Source of the DNA: the human T2T-CHM13v2.0 reference genome, Homo sapiens
DNA length: 64,000 nucleotides
NCBI RefSeq assembly: GCF_009914755.1
Contig: NC_060925.1
Strand: one strand, 5' to 3'
Shown in pieces: positions 63,456 to 64,000 of the stretch; within the stretch, counting starts at the first letter, position 1, and each line of letters starts with the position of its first letter. The position numbers and the translations under genes are program-made. The notes below the pieces were generated by a model. The model saw nothing but the letters and a program-made list of their open reading frames with translations. It was not told the origin of the DNA and did no database searches.

Positions 63456-64000
63456 ATATACACCATGCAAGCCTTCCCTGCCAATGCAGGCAGCCATGGC
63501 GCCGCCGGCACTGCATTCTCAGAACGATCCCTTCTTCCTGCTCTACTGCAGTTTCTGCAAGCTCCTACCCCTTGATTTTGCTTCCTGCTTGTCTCTGGAT
63601 CAGGATGAAGGATGTTGTCCTTCCTTCCTTCAACCCATGTTTGTGGAGATTCTGATATGTGGCAGGCACTGGCTTACATTTGGATTCAAGCTTTGATCTG
63701 GCTACACTTCAAGGACCTTAGCTTAGATTCAGCCTTAAAACAGTCCACTTTGAGTAGGTCCCAGGTAAGTTTGGGCACAATAGTAGGTCTGATGGGCTTT
63801 TCCATCTGGAATATTTATTCAATAAGAAAATCATTCACAAATGTGCTGGAAAGTATGGAGCTGGCTGGATTCCCAGAGTGAAAACGTCCTGGGTGGTGCG
63901 TGCATCCTGTGTTCGTGCATCAGAACAAAGAGACAGAGGAATCTGGGGATGGACTCCATGGAGTGTTGGCAGCATGCTGACTCGCTGGGCTTGCCCACCT

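Overview
Repeat-dense anthropoid primate (human-like) non-coding DNA, either intergenic or deep intronic. I can support no intact protein-coding gene, RNA gene or CRISPR array. Almost every ORF in the track comes from Alu, L1, mariner or simple-repeat sequence. The window holds roughly 30 Alu/FLAM copies, several L1s, MaLR/ERVL/ERV1 solo LTRs, MIR/L2 relics and DNA transposons (near-full-length Hsmar1, Charlie1a, piggyBac MER75, Tigger1 fragment, MER33, MER63, MER5). The most notable signals are: a divergent pair of consensus CTCF cores (~55.8/56.6 kb); a 1.1-kb palindromic, E-box-rich satellite lying inside the target-site duplication (TSD) of a FLAM; an L1PA with intact ends but ~4 kb deleted internally; a MER75 with an open PGBD4-like micro-ORF; two head-to-head MER34/39 LTRs; and several duplication or template-switch scars. 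I did not find a clearly new biological system. Subfamily names come from recalled consensus sequences, not from a search, and boundaries of old repeats are approximate.
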